This document shows positions 29,691 to 38,910 of a stretch of 47,435 bases of DNA, one piece after another. Positions within the stretch are counted from its first letter, which is position 1. Every line of letters starts with the position of its first letter. The notes under the pieces were generated by a model that did no database searches, was not told where the DNA came from, and was given only the letters and a program-made list of their open reading frames with translations. The translations under genes were made by a program, and so were the position numbers. Source of the DNA: Bacteroidota bacterium (GTDB lineage: Bacteria; Bacteroidota; Bacteroidia; Chitinophagales; JADIYW01); contig JAGQYH010000001.1 in the NCBI GenBank assembly GCA_020436175.1, forward strand, positions 1-47,435, read 5' to 3'.

Positions 29691-30689
29691 TCAGGAATTG
29701 ATGATCTCTTTTTGAAATACCTCTTTGAAATATTCAATGGTTAATGGTAATCCGTCTTCAAAACTGTATTTAGGATCATAACCCAAAAGACTTTTAGCTT
29801 TGGAAATATCGGCCAGTGAATCTCGAATGTCGCCGGTTCTTGGTGCCCGATGAACAGGAGTATTGCCAATTTTTAAATAGCCGCGAATGAAATTAAACAT
29901 ATAGTTGACGGAGAAGTTTGCACCAACTGCTACATTGTAAACCTGATTCAATGCTTCTGAATTGGAGGTGGTCAGTGCTTTGATATTGGCTTGAACAGCA
30001 TTGTCAACAAAAGTAAAATCTCTGGTTTGTTCTCCGTCGCCATCGATAAAGACAGTTTCATTATTTAAAATGGCTTTTATGAATAATGGCATGACAGCAG
30101 CATATTGGCCGTAGGGATCTTGTCGCGGACCAAACACATTAAAGTAGCGAAGACCAATAAACTCCATGCCATAGACATCTGCAAAAACCTTGGCATACAA
30201 CTCATTTGTTTTTTTAGAAATCGCGTACGGCGACATAGGGTTGCCTACTTTCTCTTCTTTTTTAGGTAGTGTTTTTTCATCGCCATAAACGGAAGAGGAG
30301 GAGGCATAAACAAATCTTTTGATGCCATTTTCTTTTGCTGCAAAAGCCATATTGACGAAACCATCCACATTTGAGTTGGTAGTGGCCATTGGATTTTTAA
30401 TGGATCTTGGAACGGAACCGACAGCAGCTTGATGAGAGATGTAATCCATCCCTTCACAAGCCTTCAAGCAGGTATCTAAATCTGTAATATCTCCTTCAAT
30501 AAATTCATAATTGGCGTAATGTTTGAAAATATCTACATTTTCCATTTTACCATTAGAAAGATTATCGAGTACCCGAACTTGTTTGGCACCATTCTTTAGG
30601 AGATACTCTACAATATGAGAACCAATAAAGCCCGCTGCTCCGGTGATGAGATAGTTTTTGTCTTTAAAAAATGTGTTTACTGGTGTCAT
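29691..30689 (-). CDS. SDR epimerase, WbpP/TviC-like (UDP-HexNAc or UDP-HexNAcA 4-epimerase type)
   Basis: 332 aa with GAAGFIGSH, the QAAVGSVPRSIKNP motif characteristic of the WbpP/TviC group, and YxxxK (YAISK). Confidence 0.75.
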   Translation of the reverse strand: MTPVNTFFKDKNYLITGAAGFIGSHIVEYLLKNGAKQVRVLDNLSNGKMENVDIFKHYANYEFIEGDITDLDTCLKACEGMDYISHQAAVGSVPRSIKNPMATTNSNVDGFVNMAFAAKENGIKRFVYASSSSVYGDEKTLPKKEEKVGNPMSPYAISKKTNELYAKVFADVYGMEFIGLRYFNVFGPRQDPYGQYAAVMPLFIKAILNNETVFIDGDGEQTRDFTFVDNAVQANIKALTTSNSEALNQVYNVAVGANFSVNYMFNFIRGYLKIGNTPVHRAPRTGDIRDSLADISKAKSLLGYDPKYSFEDGLPLTIEYFKEVFQKEIINS

Positions 30690-30857
30690 TTCTTAATTTC
30701 AAGTCCACGAAGATAATAAAGAGTATGTGGTTTTAGTAGTAAACTCATATTCTGGTTAAAAAGTATTAGGTTTTGTAGATATTCTATTGAAATAATAACG
30801 TTTTAGCTTACCACAAAATACTTATCAAAGATTAACTTCGTAGATTATTAAACAATT

Positions 30858-32216
30858 TTGGACACTAAAGATTTTTTACTAGCCCCTTTTTTTCTAATAA
30901 TTATTTATGCAATTGCATATTCTATTAGAAATAGAAGTTTTCCTGTAGGAAGTCCTTTAAGGAGATATTTTATTTGGGGTTTACATCTTAAAATTGTTGG
31001 TGCATTTGCTACAGCTGCAATTTACTGGTATTATTATGGAGGCGGTGACTCCATTTTTTACTTTTGGAGAACAGAATACCTCAGACAATTGATGTTTAGG
31101 GATTTTTCAACTTTTCAAAAAGTGTTTTTTGGCAAGCCGGATTTATTCAATTCATCTACCTATTTTGCTGTCAGGACATTAAAGGCATATGATGCGAGTT
31201 CTTTTCTTGTTGTTAAGCTGGCATATTTATCAAGTTTTCCTGCCATGGGAACTTATATAGGAATTGCACTGATTTTTTCAATGATTTCGTACATAGGGAT
31301 TTGGAAATTATTTATGAAGGCCGCAGAGTTGTTTCCTGATATTAATCCCAAGTATTTTGCCTATGCCATTTTGTTTATTCCATCTGTTTTTTTTTGGGGG
31401 TCGGGATTGTTTAAAGATACTGTTACATTGGGTTGTTCCTGCCTGTTGATAGTGGCTTTTCATAACTTGGTAATGAAACGAGAAGATATTGTTAGAAATG
31501 TCATATTAATTGTTATATGTGGCTATTTGATTGGCGTAATTAAAAGCTATATTCTATTGGCTTTAGCTCCGGCTTTGCTTATTTGGGCAGTTTTTAGTTT
31601 AAGAAATAAAATTAAAAATGGATTTATAAGAAGTGCAATAACACCTGTTTTCATAGTGATTTCTATTGGCATTGGATTTGTCTTACTTCAGCAGTTAGGT
31701 TCAGTTTTCACTAAGTTTAATTTGGAAAATATTGAGCAAAAAGCTGAAGGTATGCAAAGATGGCATACGGTAAGAGCAGTTCAAAAAGGAGAGGCTTCTG
31801 CCTATTCTCTTGGGCACGTTGAGTTTACAGCTTCAGGTATTTTAAAAAAGGCTCCTGCAGCCATCAATGTGGCATTGTTTCGACCTTATCTTTGGGAGGC
31901 GGGAAACCCTGTAATGTTATTGGCTGCAGTAGAAGCCATTGTTTTTTTTGGATTATTTGTTTGGCTAATTGTTTTACATCCTTTTTTTGCGTGGAATCAG
32001 ATTGGTAAGGAGTCGTTTTTACTGTTCTGTTTGATTTTTACAATAATATTTTCTTTTTCAGTGGGGTTTACAAGTTATAATTTCGGAGCATTGGTAAGGT
32101 ATAAAATTCCTTGTTTACCATTGTTAGGGATAATTTATGCAGTTTTGCTGGGAAGGATTAAAAATAAAAAGGCGGCGATAAAAGAAGAGAACTCTCAATT
32201 AGAAATTGTAGAGTAG
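30858..32216 (+). CDS. Polytopic integral membrane protein, candidate glycan polymerase or GT-C-like enzyme
   Basis: 452 aa with 10 or more hydrophobic segments and no soluble domain. It is the only long plus-strand gene inside the locus. It has an apparent TTG start and no in-frame ATG for about 75 codons. The function is inferred from context only. Confidence 0.45.
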   Translation: MDTKDFLLAPFFLIIIYAIAYSIRNRSFPVGSPLRRYFIWGLHLKIVGAFATAAIYWYYYGGGDSIFYFWRTEYLRQLMFRDFSTFQKVFFGKPDLFNSSTYFAVRTLKAYDASSFLVVKLAYLSSFPAMGTYIGIALIFSMISYIGIWKLFMKAAELFPDINPKYFAYAILFIPSVFFWGSGLFKDTVTLGCSCLLIVAFHNLVMKREDIVRNVILIVICGYLIGVIKSYILLALAPALLIWAVFSLRNKIKNGFIRSAITPVFIVISIGIGFVLLQQLGSVFTKFNLENIEQKAEGMQRWHTVRAVQKGEASAYSLGHVEFTASGILKKAPAAINVALFRPYLWEAGNPVMLLAAVEAIVFFGLFVWLIVLHPFFAWNQIGKESFLLFCLIFTIIFSFSVGFTSYNFGALVRYKIPCLPLLGIIYAVLLGRIKNKKAAIKEENSQLEIVE

Positions 32217-32912
32217 TTCTCTTAAGTTATAATCAGGGATTGGATTATAGGGTTTGTAAAATTGACCATGTCGGCTATAGAACCCATATATATAGTATAT
32301 GTTGTTTTTGTAAAATGGGAATACTTCAGATGGAGGAGAGTTTTGAAGAGATGCACCTTTTATATTAGAAAATGAAATTGGATTCCCATTTTTATCGATG
32401 GAAAGCCATTCGAAATTACTATCTACAATTAGCCAACCTCGCAATGTTTTAACTTCAGATGATGCATGAGAAGTTGTATTCTGACTAAGTAAATTTTTAA
32501 TCAAGCTTGTTTTAGATTCATTGTTTATAATGTAAATATGCCTTGTTTTAAGCCCTAAATATTTACAGGTTTTTTCAATTAATCGGCTTCTGTCAAAACA
32601 TTGTCCATAGCCTTTTTCAATTTGGAAGGAAGGTTCTCTTGATTCACCCAAAGGAATCCCATCAGAGGAGTTCTTAATGTGGGATAAAACTTTGCTATTG
32701 ATTTGAGTAAGTACATTGATTTGATAGTCATAATCTCTATGAATAAGATCTTTATCAATTTTCAAATCGGCAATGAACGACTCAATACTTTCTTTGTCAG
32801 ATTTAGTTAGTTTACCGGAAACATTGCTTGTTGCTACAACAATAAAAAAACTCAATATGAGTAAGATTATAGCACATCTTAATTTATGTGATCGAGCCCA
32901 TTTAACTAACAT
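32199..32912 (-). CDS. Membrane-anchored transglutaminase-like (Cys-His-Asp) fold protein
   Basis: 237 aa with an N-terminal helix (CAIILLILSFFIVVA). GYGQCFDRS...LGLKTRHIYI...SHASSEVKTLRGWLIVDSN matches the transglutaminase-core pattern G.C..(f/s)...lG(i/l)..R...HaW.EV...GW...D. Candidate triad: C105, H149, D164. Confidence 0.5.
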   Translation of the reverse strand: MLVKWARSHKLRCAIILLILSFFIVVATSNVSGKLTKSDKESIESFIADLKIDKDLIHRDYDYQINVLTQINSKVLSHIKNSSDGIPLGESREPSFQIEKGYGQCFDRSRLIEKTCKYLGLKTRHIYIINNESKTSLIKNLLSQNTTSHASSEVKTLRGWLIVDSNFEWLSIDKNGNPISFSNIKGASLQNSPPSEVFPFYKNNIYYIYGFYSRHGQFYKPYNPIPDYNLRELLYNF

Positions 32913-33991
32913 AAATTAGATACAAATAAGTCTTTAGTTGATTCATAAGAGAATTCATTGATAATTTTTTGTCTTGCTTTTTTACCCATCTGAATTCTTA
33001 ACGATTCATTTGCTATTAAGGTTTCGAACGCCATCAACCACTCATCTTCAGATTCGCAAATAAACCCGGTAATATTGTTTTCAATGAGTTGGGTGTTCAT
33101 ACCTACCGGTGAAACAATAGTGGGAATTTCTAATGCCATATATTGGATGGCCTTAAAGCCACATTTTCCATTCGACCATTTATCATTTGGCAACGGCATA
33201 ATTCCAATATCCAATTCGGAAAGTTGATCTATTTCGCCATTCTTATTCCAAATCGTACTAACTAAATCTAATGTATCGTAATGGACTTGTTTATTAGCAA
33301 TCAGCTTAAAATAAATGGTTTCTTTATGCTTCTTATAGAGCTTTTCTAAAGTTGGGATTATTGCTTCAAAATGTTTTAAAGTAGTGTGTGTGCCTGTCCA
33401 ACCTATGCAAATTTTTGATTTCTTTTGGTTTCTAAGTGGTTTATGATGATCCGTATTTACGATGGTTGGAACAACTACGACATTAGAATTATAATGCGAG
33501 GCATAATCAGCTAAGTACTGATTTCCTGCATAAACCTTATACGAATATTCAATTATTTTGGAAGTTTTGTTTCCGGATGATTTTAATTTTCTGAGAGTAG
33601 TATTACTTGTTGAACTGTCGCTAAGCCAAATAGAATCATCGAAATCGAAAATGATTTTTTTTTGTAATATTTTGGCAATGATATATTCAATTATTGGTGG
33701 ACCAATTGGAGCTGCTTCACGATGAATAAAGACCCTGTCATAAGCAGATACGATAAAAAGGCAATATAGTCTGCGCAACAATCCCTTAACAAACCCCCAC
33801 GCTTTAATTAGGAGCTTTCCTTCTTTATAAAATATTTTCCATGTTGTTTGATCCAAAAATGGAACTTGCTTATAGAAAATGTTATGTTCTTGTAGATAAG
33901 TGAAATATTGTTCAAATCTAAACCTTTGTGAACCGGCAGAGTCAAATGGATATGGAGTAATAAACAAAACCTTTTTTGGAGTCACTTTCAT
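32906..33991 (-). CDS. Glycosyltransferase, GT-B fold (GT1/GT4-like)
   Basis: 361 aa. The N-terminal KVLFITPYPFDSAGSQRFR and C-terminal GKCGFKAIQYMALEIPTIVSPVGMN are typical of GT-B sugar transferases. Confidence 0.75.
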   Translation of the reverse strand: MKVTPKKVLFITPYPFDSAGSQRFRFEQYFTYLQEHNIFYKQVPFLDQTTWKIFYKEGKLLIKAWGFVKGLLRRLYCLFIVSAYDRVFIHREAAPIGPPIIEYIIAKILQKKIIFDFDDSIWLSDSSTSNTTLRKLKSSGNKTSKIIEYSYKVYAGNQYLADYASHYNSNVVVVPTIVNTDHHKPLRNQKKSKICIGWTGTHTTLKHFEAIIPTLEKLYKKHKETIYFKLIANKQVHYDTLDLVSTIWNKNGEIDQLSELDIGIMPLPNDKWSNGKCGFKAIQYMALEIPTIVSPVGMNTQLIENNITGFICESEDEWLMAFETLIANESLRIQMGKKARQKIINEFSYESTKDLFVSNLC

Positions 33992-34884
33992 TACTGTTTT
34001 TTTACAAAAAGCCCTTTCATACTATCTCCTTTTTTTGTGGCATTCAGTATAAAATTGGCTATTGTTTTAGCTGCTTTAAGAATTGGATTGGTTTCTATTC
34101 TGCTTCTCAGTTTTTCATCAGTGGTTTGATCACTTACCAAATCCACTTTTTTCTTTTCTGCGCCCATTGATCTGGTAGCTTCTAAGCGTGTAAAACTGAC
34201 TCCGGTGGTTTGAATCCATTTTTTTAGAAAACCATGACTTTTGAAAACATTAGTGAGTGTTTTGGCGGTGTAATAACTTAAATGTTCAGGGTACTCAATT
34301 ACGCTCCAATTGCCTTTAAGGTATGTTCTGCTAATAGCGTTAAAATTTGGTGTGGTTACATAAACACCGCCGCCTTTGCGAAGTATGTCATAGAAATTTT
34401 TTAATTCTTCATTAGGATTGTAAATATGTTCAATTACTTCGAAAGAAACGATGACATCAAACATTTCCGGGGAATATTTAGATGCATCCAAAGCGCCTTT
34501 TTGCATGTTAATTCCCTTTTTATTGCAAATTTCAATGGCTTCATCCGTAAACTCAGTGCCATATACTTCCCACCCTCTTTCATTGGCTATCTGTAAAAAA
34601 TGTCCAATGCCACATCCAACATCTATTAGCTTATTGGTTTTCCTAAAGGGTTCCAAGAAATCGAGAATTTCGTGATATCTTTTGACGGTAATAGGTGATA
34701 AATAATCATTTCTGCCATATGTGCTATAATGGTCAATCAACTCTTTTATTGTTGGAATTCTTGCTGTAAACACAAACTGACAATCATTGCATTTTTGCAA
34801 CCAATTATCTTCGTATCCCTTTAATGGCTTAAGATTTTTGCTGTTGCAAAGCAAGCAATTATTATGTTGATTGAAGTTGGTCAT
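33991..34884 (-). CDS. Class I SAM-dependent methyltransferase with N-terminal Cys4 zinc-ribbon
   Basis: 297 aa with CLLCNS...CNDCQF and SAM motif I LIDVGCGIGHF, then post-I and II motifs (VIVSFEVIEH). Confidence 0.85.
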   Translation of the reverse strand: MTNFNQHNNCLLCNSKNLKPLKGYEDNWLQKCNDCQFVFTARIPTIKELIDHYSTYGRNDYLSPITVKRYHEILDFLEPFRKTNKLIDVGCGIGHFLQIANERGWEVYGTEFTDEAIEICNKKGINMQKGALDASKYSPEMFDVIVSFEVIEHIYNPNEELKNFYDILRKGGGVYVTTPNFNAISRTYLKGNWSVIEYPEHLSYYTAKTLTNVFKSHGFLKKWIQTTGVSFTRLEATRSMGAEKKKVDLVSDQTTDEKLRSRIETNPILKAAKTIANFILNATKKGDSMKGLFVKKQ

Positions 34885-36137
34885 TAATTTAGTAGTTTAT
34901 TGTAAACATGGCTGTATTCACTAATTCCATCATCTAAATTAAAATATTTGAAGGCACCTTCTCTTATTGTTGATTTATCTTGTCGGGTTAATGGTATAAT
35001 CTCATCTATTGCTTTATCGTAGGCGTCTTCAGAGTAATCGGTTATGGTAACTCCACTATTGGTTGCTTTAGCAATTATGGAAGTGTCACCAATGTTTGGT
35101 GAACATATAAATGGAACGCCTAAACCTAGCAACTCACCTATTTTAGTCGGAGAACAAGCCTTTCTGCTAAAATTATCTTTATAGAATACCAAACTAAACT
35201 GACTTAAGCTCAAATGCAATGGCACTTTATTCCTTTCTGATCGGGTAACTCTAATGCTATCTTTTGGAATGTTTAATTTTTCTGCTACTTTCCAAACTAT
35301 CTCAGGAGCGCTAGCCGTAATGATTAAAAATTTAGCATTTTCCTTTTTTAATTGAAGCCGCTTAAACAGTTGAAGCATATCTTCTATTCCATAAAATGTG
35401 CCTAACGAACCTAAATAGGTAATGATATAATCTGTTTCTTTTAGTTGAAGAGATTCCAGTAATTCTTTTTTTGCTTCTGACGTGATGTCTTCGTAGTTGA
35501 ACAACTTCAGATCAGCACAACAAGGAATCACATCAATGGGAATTGGAGTGTCGGTTAATTTCCAATCCAATATTTCATTTTTGGCATTTTCGGTCAAACT
35601 GATGACATGATCTGCTTGTTTGAAAAAATATTTCTCTTTATTCTTAAAATAACGATAGACTAATTTCCAATGTAGCTTTTTTAAATTCCAAAGTCCTCCA
35701 TCTACTCTTTCATCCGGCCAAAAACCTCTTATGTCGAACAATAGTTTTGTACCATATTTTTTCTTAAGTGAGATACCGGCAAACATTGGTTGGTAGCTTC
35801 TGCAATGCACAAAATCAAAGTTTTCTTTTAAATGCAATTGATGGCTGGTTTTGCTTAAATTTTGGATGTTAGCTAAAGCGCTGATAATTGGCGGACTATT
35901 TTTGTAAGGTATGGATGTCCATTTTATACTGTTGACTTTGCAAATCGCTTCGATTTTTTCCTTGTGTTGTGCATACAGATGGGGTTTGTCGCAACTCAGT
36001 AAACTTATTTGATAGCCAAGTTTTGACAAACCTGCTAAATAAGGCAGTACCTGTGATTGTCCCAAAGGATCTGTCATCCCATCAATGGAAATGTAGAGTA
36101 CTTTTTTATTCAAGGGTTTTCTTATACCAATTAACAA
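34884..36137 (-). CDS. Glycosyltransferase, GT-B fold (GT4-like)
   Basis: 417 aa. The ORF-track start is TTG. A second TTG at 36113 (giving MNKKVLYISIDG) is equally plausible. The C-terminal half has a GT-B layout (KIGELLGLGVPFICSPNIGD). Confidence 0.7.
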   Translation of the reverse strand: MLIGIRKPLNKKVLYISIDGMTDPLGQSQVLPYLAGLSKLGYQISLLSCDKPHLYAQHKEKIEAICKVNSIKWTSIPYKNSPPIISALANIQNLSKTSHQLHLKENFDFVHCRSYQPMFAGISLKKKYGTKLLFDIRGFWPDERVDGGLWNLKKLHWKLVYRYFKNKEKYFFKQADHVISLTENAKNEILDWKLTDTPIPIDVIPCCADLKLFNYEDITSEAKKELLESLQLKETDYIITYLGSLGTFYGIEDMLQLFKRLQLKKENAKFLIITASAPEIVWKVAEKLNIPKDSIRVTRSERNKVPLHLSLSQFSLVFYKDNFSRKACSPTKIGELLGLGVPFICSPNIGDTSIIAKATNSGVTITDYSEDAYDKAIDEIIPLTRQDKSTIREGAFKYFNLDDGISEYSHVYNKLLN

Positions 36138-37065
36138 ATTTATCTAAACCAATTGCCATTGATGTAGATGGTTGATAGTTTAATGTTTTTTGTGCTTTAC
36201 CGATGTCTGCAAAGGTGCAATTTACATCACCGGGTTGCATATCAGCTTTTATTACAGTAGGAGTTTTGCCTATAGATTCCCCAATTAATCGTATAAGCTC
36301 ATTTAATTTGACAGGGGTGTTATTGCCAAGATTTATTATTTCAAAAACATTATTATGCAATTGAATATATTCCACTGCTTTAACAATTCCACTAACCGTA
36401 TCCTCAATAAAAGTATAATCTCTAGATGTGCTGCCATCACCAAACATCGTAATGGGTTGATTGTTAGAAATTAGTTTAGTGAATTTATGAATGGCTAAGT
36501 CAGGTCGCTGTCTAGGTCCATACACTGTAAAAAATCTAAGGCACAATGCATCAATTTGGTATAAGTGATGAAAAGTATAAATGATTAGTTCACAAGCTTT
36601 TTTGGTATATGCATAAGGTGAAATAGGAAAGTCAACATTATCTGATTCCGAAAAAGGAATTTTCTTATTGTTGCCGTAAACCGAAGAGCTACTGGCAAAC
36701 AATAATTTAGAAATGTTTTGTTGTTGCATCCATTCTAAAACATTTTGGGTGGCCATCACATTATTTTTCAAATAGCTTTCCGGGTCTTTAATGGAAGGGC
36801 GAACGCCTGCTTTTGCGGCTAAATGAATGACAATATCTATATCTTCATCAAGTAGATTGAATGAAGTTTTATCAGAAAGATCCAATTCAATAAAACGGTA
36901 TTGGTTTGAAGCCAAAGCAATGGTAAGGTTATTTTCTTTTACCTTTCTATCATAAAATGGATCGAAGTTGTCGACACCAATAACTTGATGGCCATTTTTT
37001 AACAGTGCTTCCGCAACATGCGAGCCTATAAATCCAGCTGCACCGGTTATTAGAATTTTACTCAT
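36106..37065 (-). CDS. NAD-dependent epimerase (UDP-glucuronate 4-epimerase-like SDR)
   Basis: 319 aa with GAAGFIGSH and YxxxK (YAYTK). The N-terminal VIGVDNFDPFYDRKVKENNL resembles the DNLNDYYD..LK motif of UDP-uronate 4-epimerases. Confidence 0.75.
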   Translation of the reverse strand: MSKILITGAAGFIGSHVAEALLKNGHQVIGVDNFDPFYDRKVKENNLTIALASNQYRFIELDLSDKTSFNLLDEDIDIVIHLAAKAGVRPSIKDPESYLKNNVMATQNVLEWMQQQNISKLLFASSSSVYGNNKKIPFSESDNVDFPISPYAYTKKACELIIYTFHHLYQIDALCLRFFTVYGPRQRPDLAIHKFTKLISNNQPITMFGDGSTSRDYTFIEDTVSGIVKAVEYIQLHNNVFEIINLGNNTPVKLNELIRLIGESIGKTPTVIKADMQPGDVNCTFADIGKAQKTLNYQPSTSMAIGLDKFVNWYKKTLE

Positions 37066-38909
37066 GTATTTTTAATTGCTAAACTTTTATACCATTTATG
37101 CAATAGAATTAATAGCCATATTCTATTATAAAGGTAATCTTCGCCTGCGAAGAAACGACTTTTCAATTGTTTTACGGTATTAAGATCAACTAGATTACTG
37201 TTAAGTATGATGTCGTCATTCAAATAATCGTCAATCAAATATCTTAGTTTGGTTTGTAACCACTGTATCAATGGCACACCAAAACCCCACTTTGGTCGGG
37301 CAAAATATTTTTTTGGAACATAATCATATAAAACTTCTTTCAACAAGATTTTATTTTCTTTTCCTTTTGTTTTGAATTTAGGATCAAGATTTAATGCAAA
37401 TTCAACAACATTGTGATCTAAAATAGGCACTCGAACTTCCAAAGAATGTAGCATGGAAGCTTTATCCACTTTTACAAGCAAATCATCTTTTAAATAATTG
37501 TTTAGGTCAAAGAAAGCTTGCATTTCAGCTACATTAAATTCGCGATTAAGTTGATAATTCTCTTCAATCTCTATTGTGGTAGAAATACCGGGCTGTAGCA
37601 ATTCTTTTATCTCATGTTCAGAAAAGTAATATTGTTCTTGCGAATAAATATGGCTTTTAATTCTTGAATGGTTTTGATAATTAACAACTAAAGCTGCTCT
37701 TTTAAAGCGATTATTCCCTTTGTTTAACATCGATGCAATCGGGCTTCTAAAAGTTTTAATGAATGGATTATTTAATCTTCTTGCCCAGTTATACATTCCG
37801 TAACCCAGAAATAACTCGTCTCCACCATCTCCCGACAATGCTACCGTAACTTCTTTTCTTGCCATTTCAGATACCAGCATGGTAGGCAAGGTGCTCGAAT
37901 CGGCAAAGGGTTCATCATAAACGCTTAAGATGTTGTGAATCTGTTCGATGGCATCATCTTCCGTAAGCATAAATTCATAATGTTCTGTTCCCAGATGTTG
38001 TGCCACTTGTCTGGCATACTCAGCTTCATTAAATTTAGACTCTTTAAAGCCAATGGAAAAGGTTTTGACTCTTTCTTGTTTGATGGACTGAGCGATAGCA
38101 GTAACGGTACTGGAATCAATACCACCACTTAAAAAAGTACCCAACGGAACATCACTGATCATTCTCTTTTCGACTGAATTAATAAGTAATTCATTGAGTC
38201 TTTTTTTAGCATTTTGAATATTCTTGTATTCAGAGCAGGTTTCATTCACTTTTGAGGTCAGGCTCCAGAATGCCTCTGTTTTCAGTTGGCCATCTTTATA
38301 AAAGCCATAATGACCTGCAGGGAATTTAAAAACATCTTTGACCATAGAGTACTTTCCCGGTGAATAACCCAAATATAAATAACTGGCTATTTGATCACGA
38401 TCAATTTCGGTCGGCAATACTGCTGTTAATGCTTTTACTTCTGAAGCAAAGTAAAAAGAATCGTTTTGCTGCCTATAGTAAAGTGGCTTAATGCCCATTC
38501 TGTCTCTTGCGAGCAGTAAATATTTTTCTTGAGTGTCCCAAATCGCTATGGCAAACATACCATTGAACTCATTAAAAACCTGAACTCCTTTTTTGATATA
38601 AGCTTTCAAGATGACTTCTGTATCAGAAGTGGTTTTAGTATCTAAAGCAAATTTATTGGCCAGAATTTTATAGTTATATACTTCTCCGTTAAACACTATG
38701 ATATATCTGCCATCTTCGCTGTAAAATGGTTGGTTGGCACTAGTAGAAAGGTCTAAAATACTTAACCGCCGATGCCCTAATGCTAAGAAAGAGTTATCGT
38801 CAAAATAGCTTCCATCAGAGTCGGGCCCTCTGTGTGCTAAGGCATCGGTCATTGTTTTAATGATGGCTTTATTAGCGTTTGGGTCGATATAGCCTGCAAT
38901 TCCGCACAT
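37062..38909 (-). CDS. asnB: Asparagine synthase family glutamine-hydrolysing amidotransferase (copy 2)
   Basis: 615 aa with MCGI, GHRRLSILD and the PP-loop SGGIDSS. By eye it is about half identical to copy 1. It has an ATGA overlap with the downstream epimerase. Confidence 0.88.
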   Translation of the reverse strand: MCGIAGYIDPNANKAIIKTMTDALAHRGPDSDGSYFDDNSFLALGHRRLSILDLSTSANQPFYSEDGRYIIVFNGEVYNYKILANKFALDTKTTSDTEVILKAYIKKGVQVFNEFNGMFAIAIWDTQEKYLLLARDRMGIKPLYYRQQNDSFYFASEVKALTAVLPTEIDRDQIASYLYLGYSPGKYSMVKDVFKFPAGHYGFYKDGQLKTEAFWSLTSKVNETCSEYKNIQNAKKRLNELLINSVEKRMISDVPLGTFLSGGIDSSTVTAIAQSIKQERVKTFSIGFKESKFNEAEYARQVAQHLGTEHYEFMLTEDDAIEQIHNILSVYDEPFADSSTLPTMLVSEMARKEVTVALSGDGGDELFLGYGMYNWARRLNNPFIKTFRSPIASMLNKGNNRFKRAALVVNYQNHSRIKSHIYSQEQYYFSEHEIKELLQPGISTTIEIEENYQLNREFNVAEMQAFFDLNNYLKDDLLVKVDKASMLHSLEVRVPILDHNVVEFALNLDPKFKTKGKENKILLKEVLYDYVPKKYFARPKWGFGVPLIQWLQTKLRYLIDDYLNDDIILNSNLVDLNTVKQLKSRFFAGEDYLYNRIWLLILLHKWYKSLAIKNT

Positions 38910-38910
38910 A

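Noticed and set aside
27743-32912. An AsnB homolog and a transglutaminase-like protein lie within 3 kb of each other. This is the enzyme pair (lasso cyclase plus leader peptidase) that defines lasso-peptide clusters.
   Set aside because: Both AsnB copies retain the N-terminal Cys nucleophile (MCGI) of true glutamine amidotransferases. The transglutaminase-like protein has a membrane anchor. No short precursor ORF or RRE-type gene is visible, and every neighbour is a sugar-pathway gene. A glycan-amidation role is far more likely.
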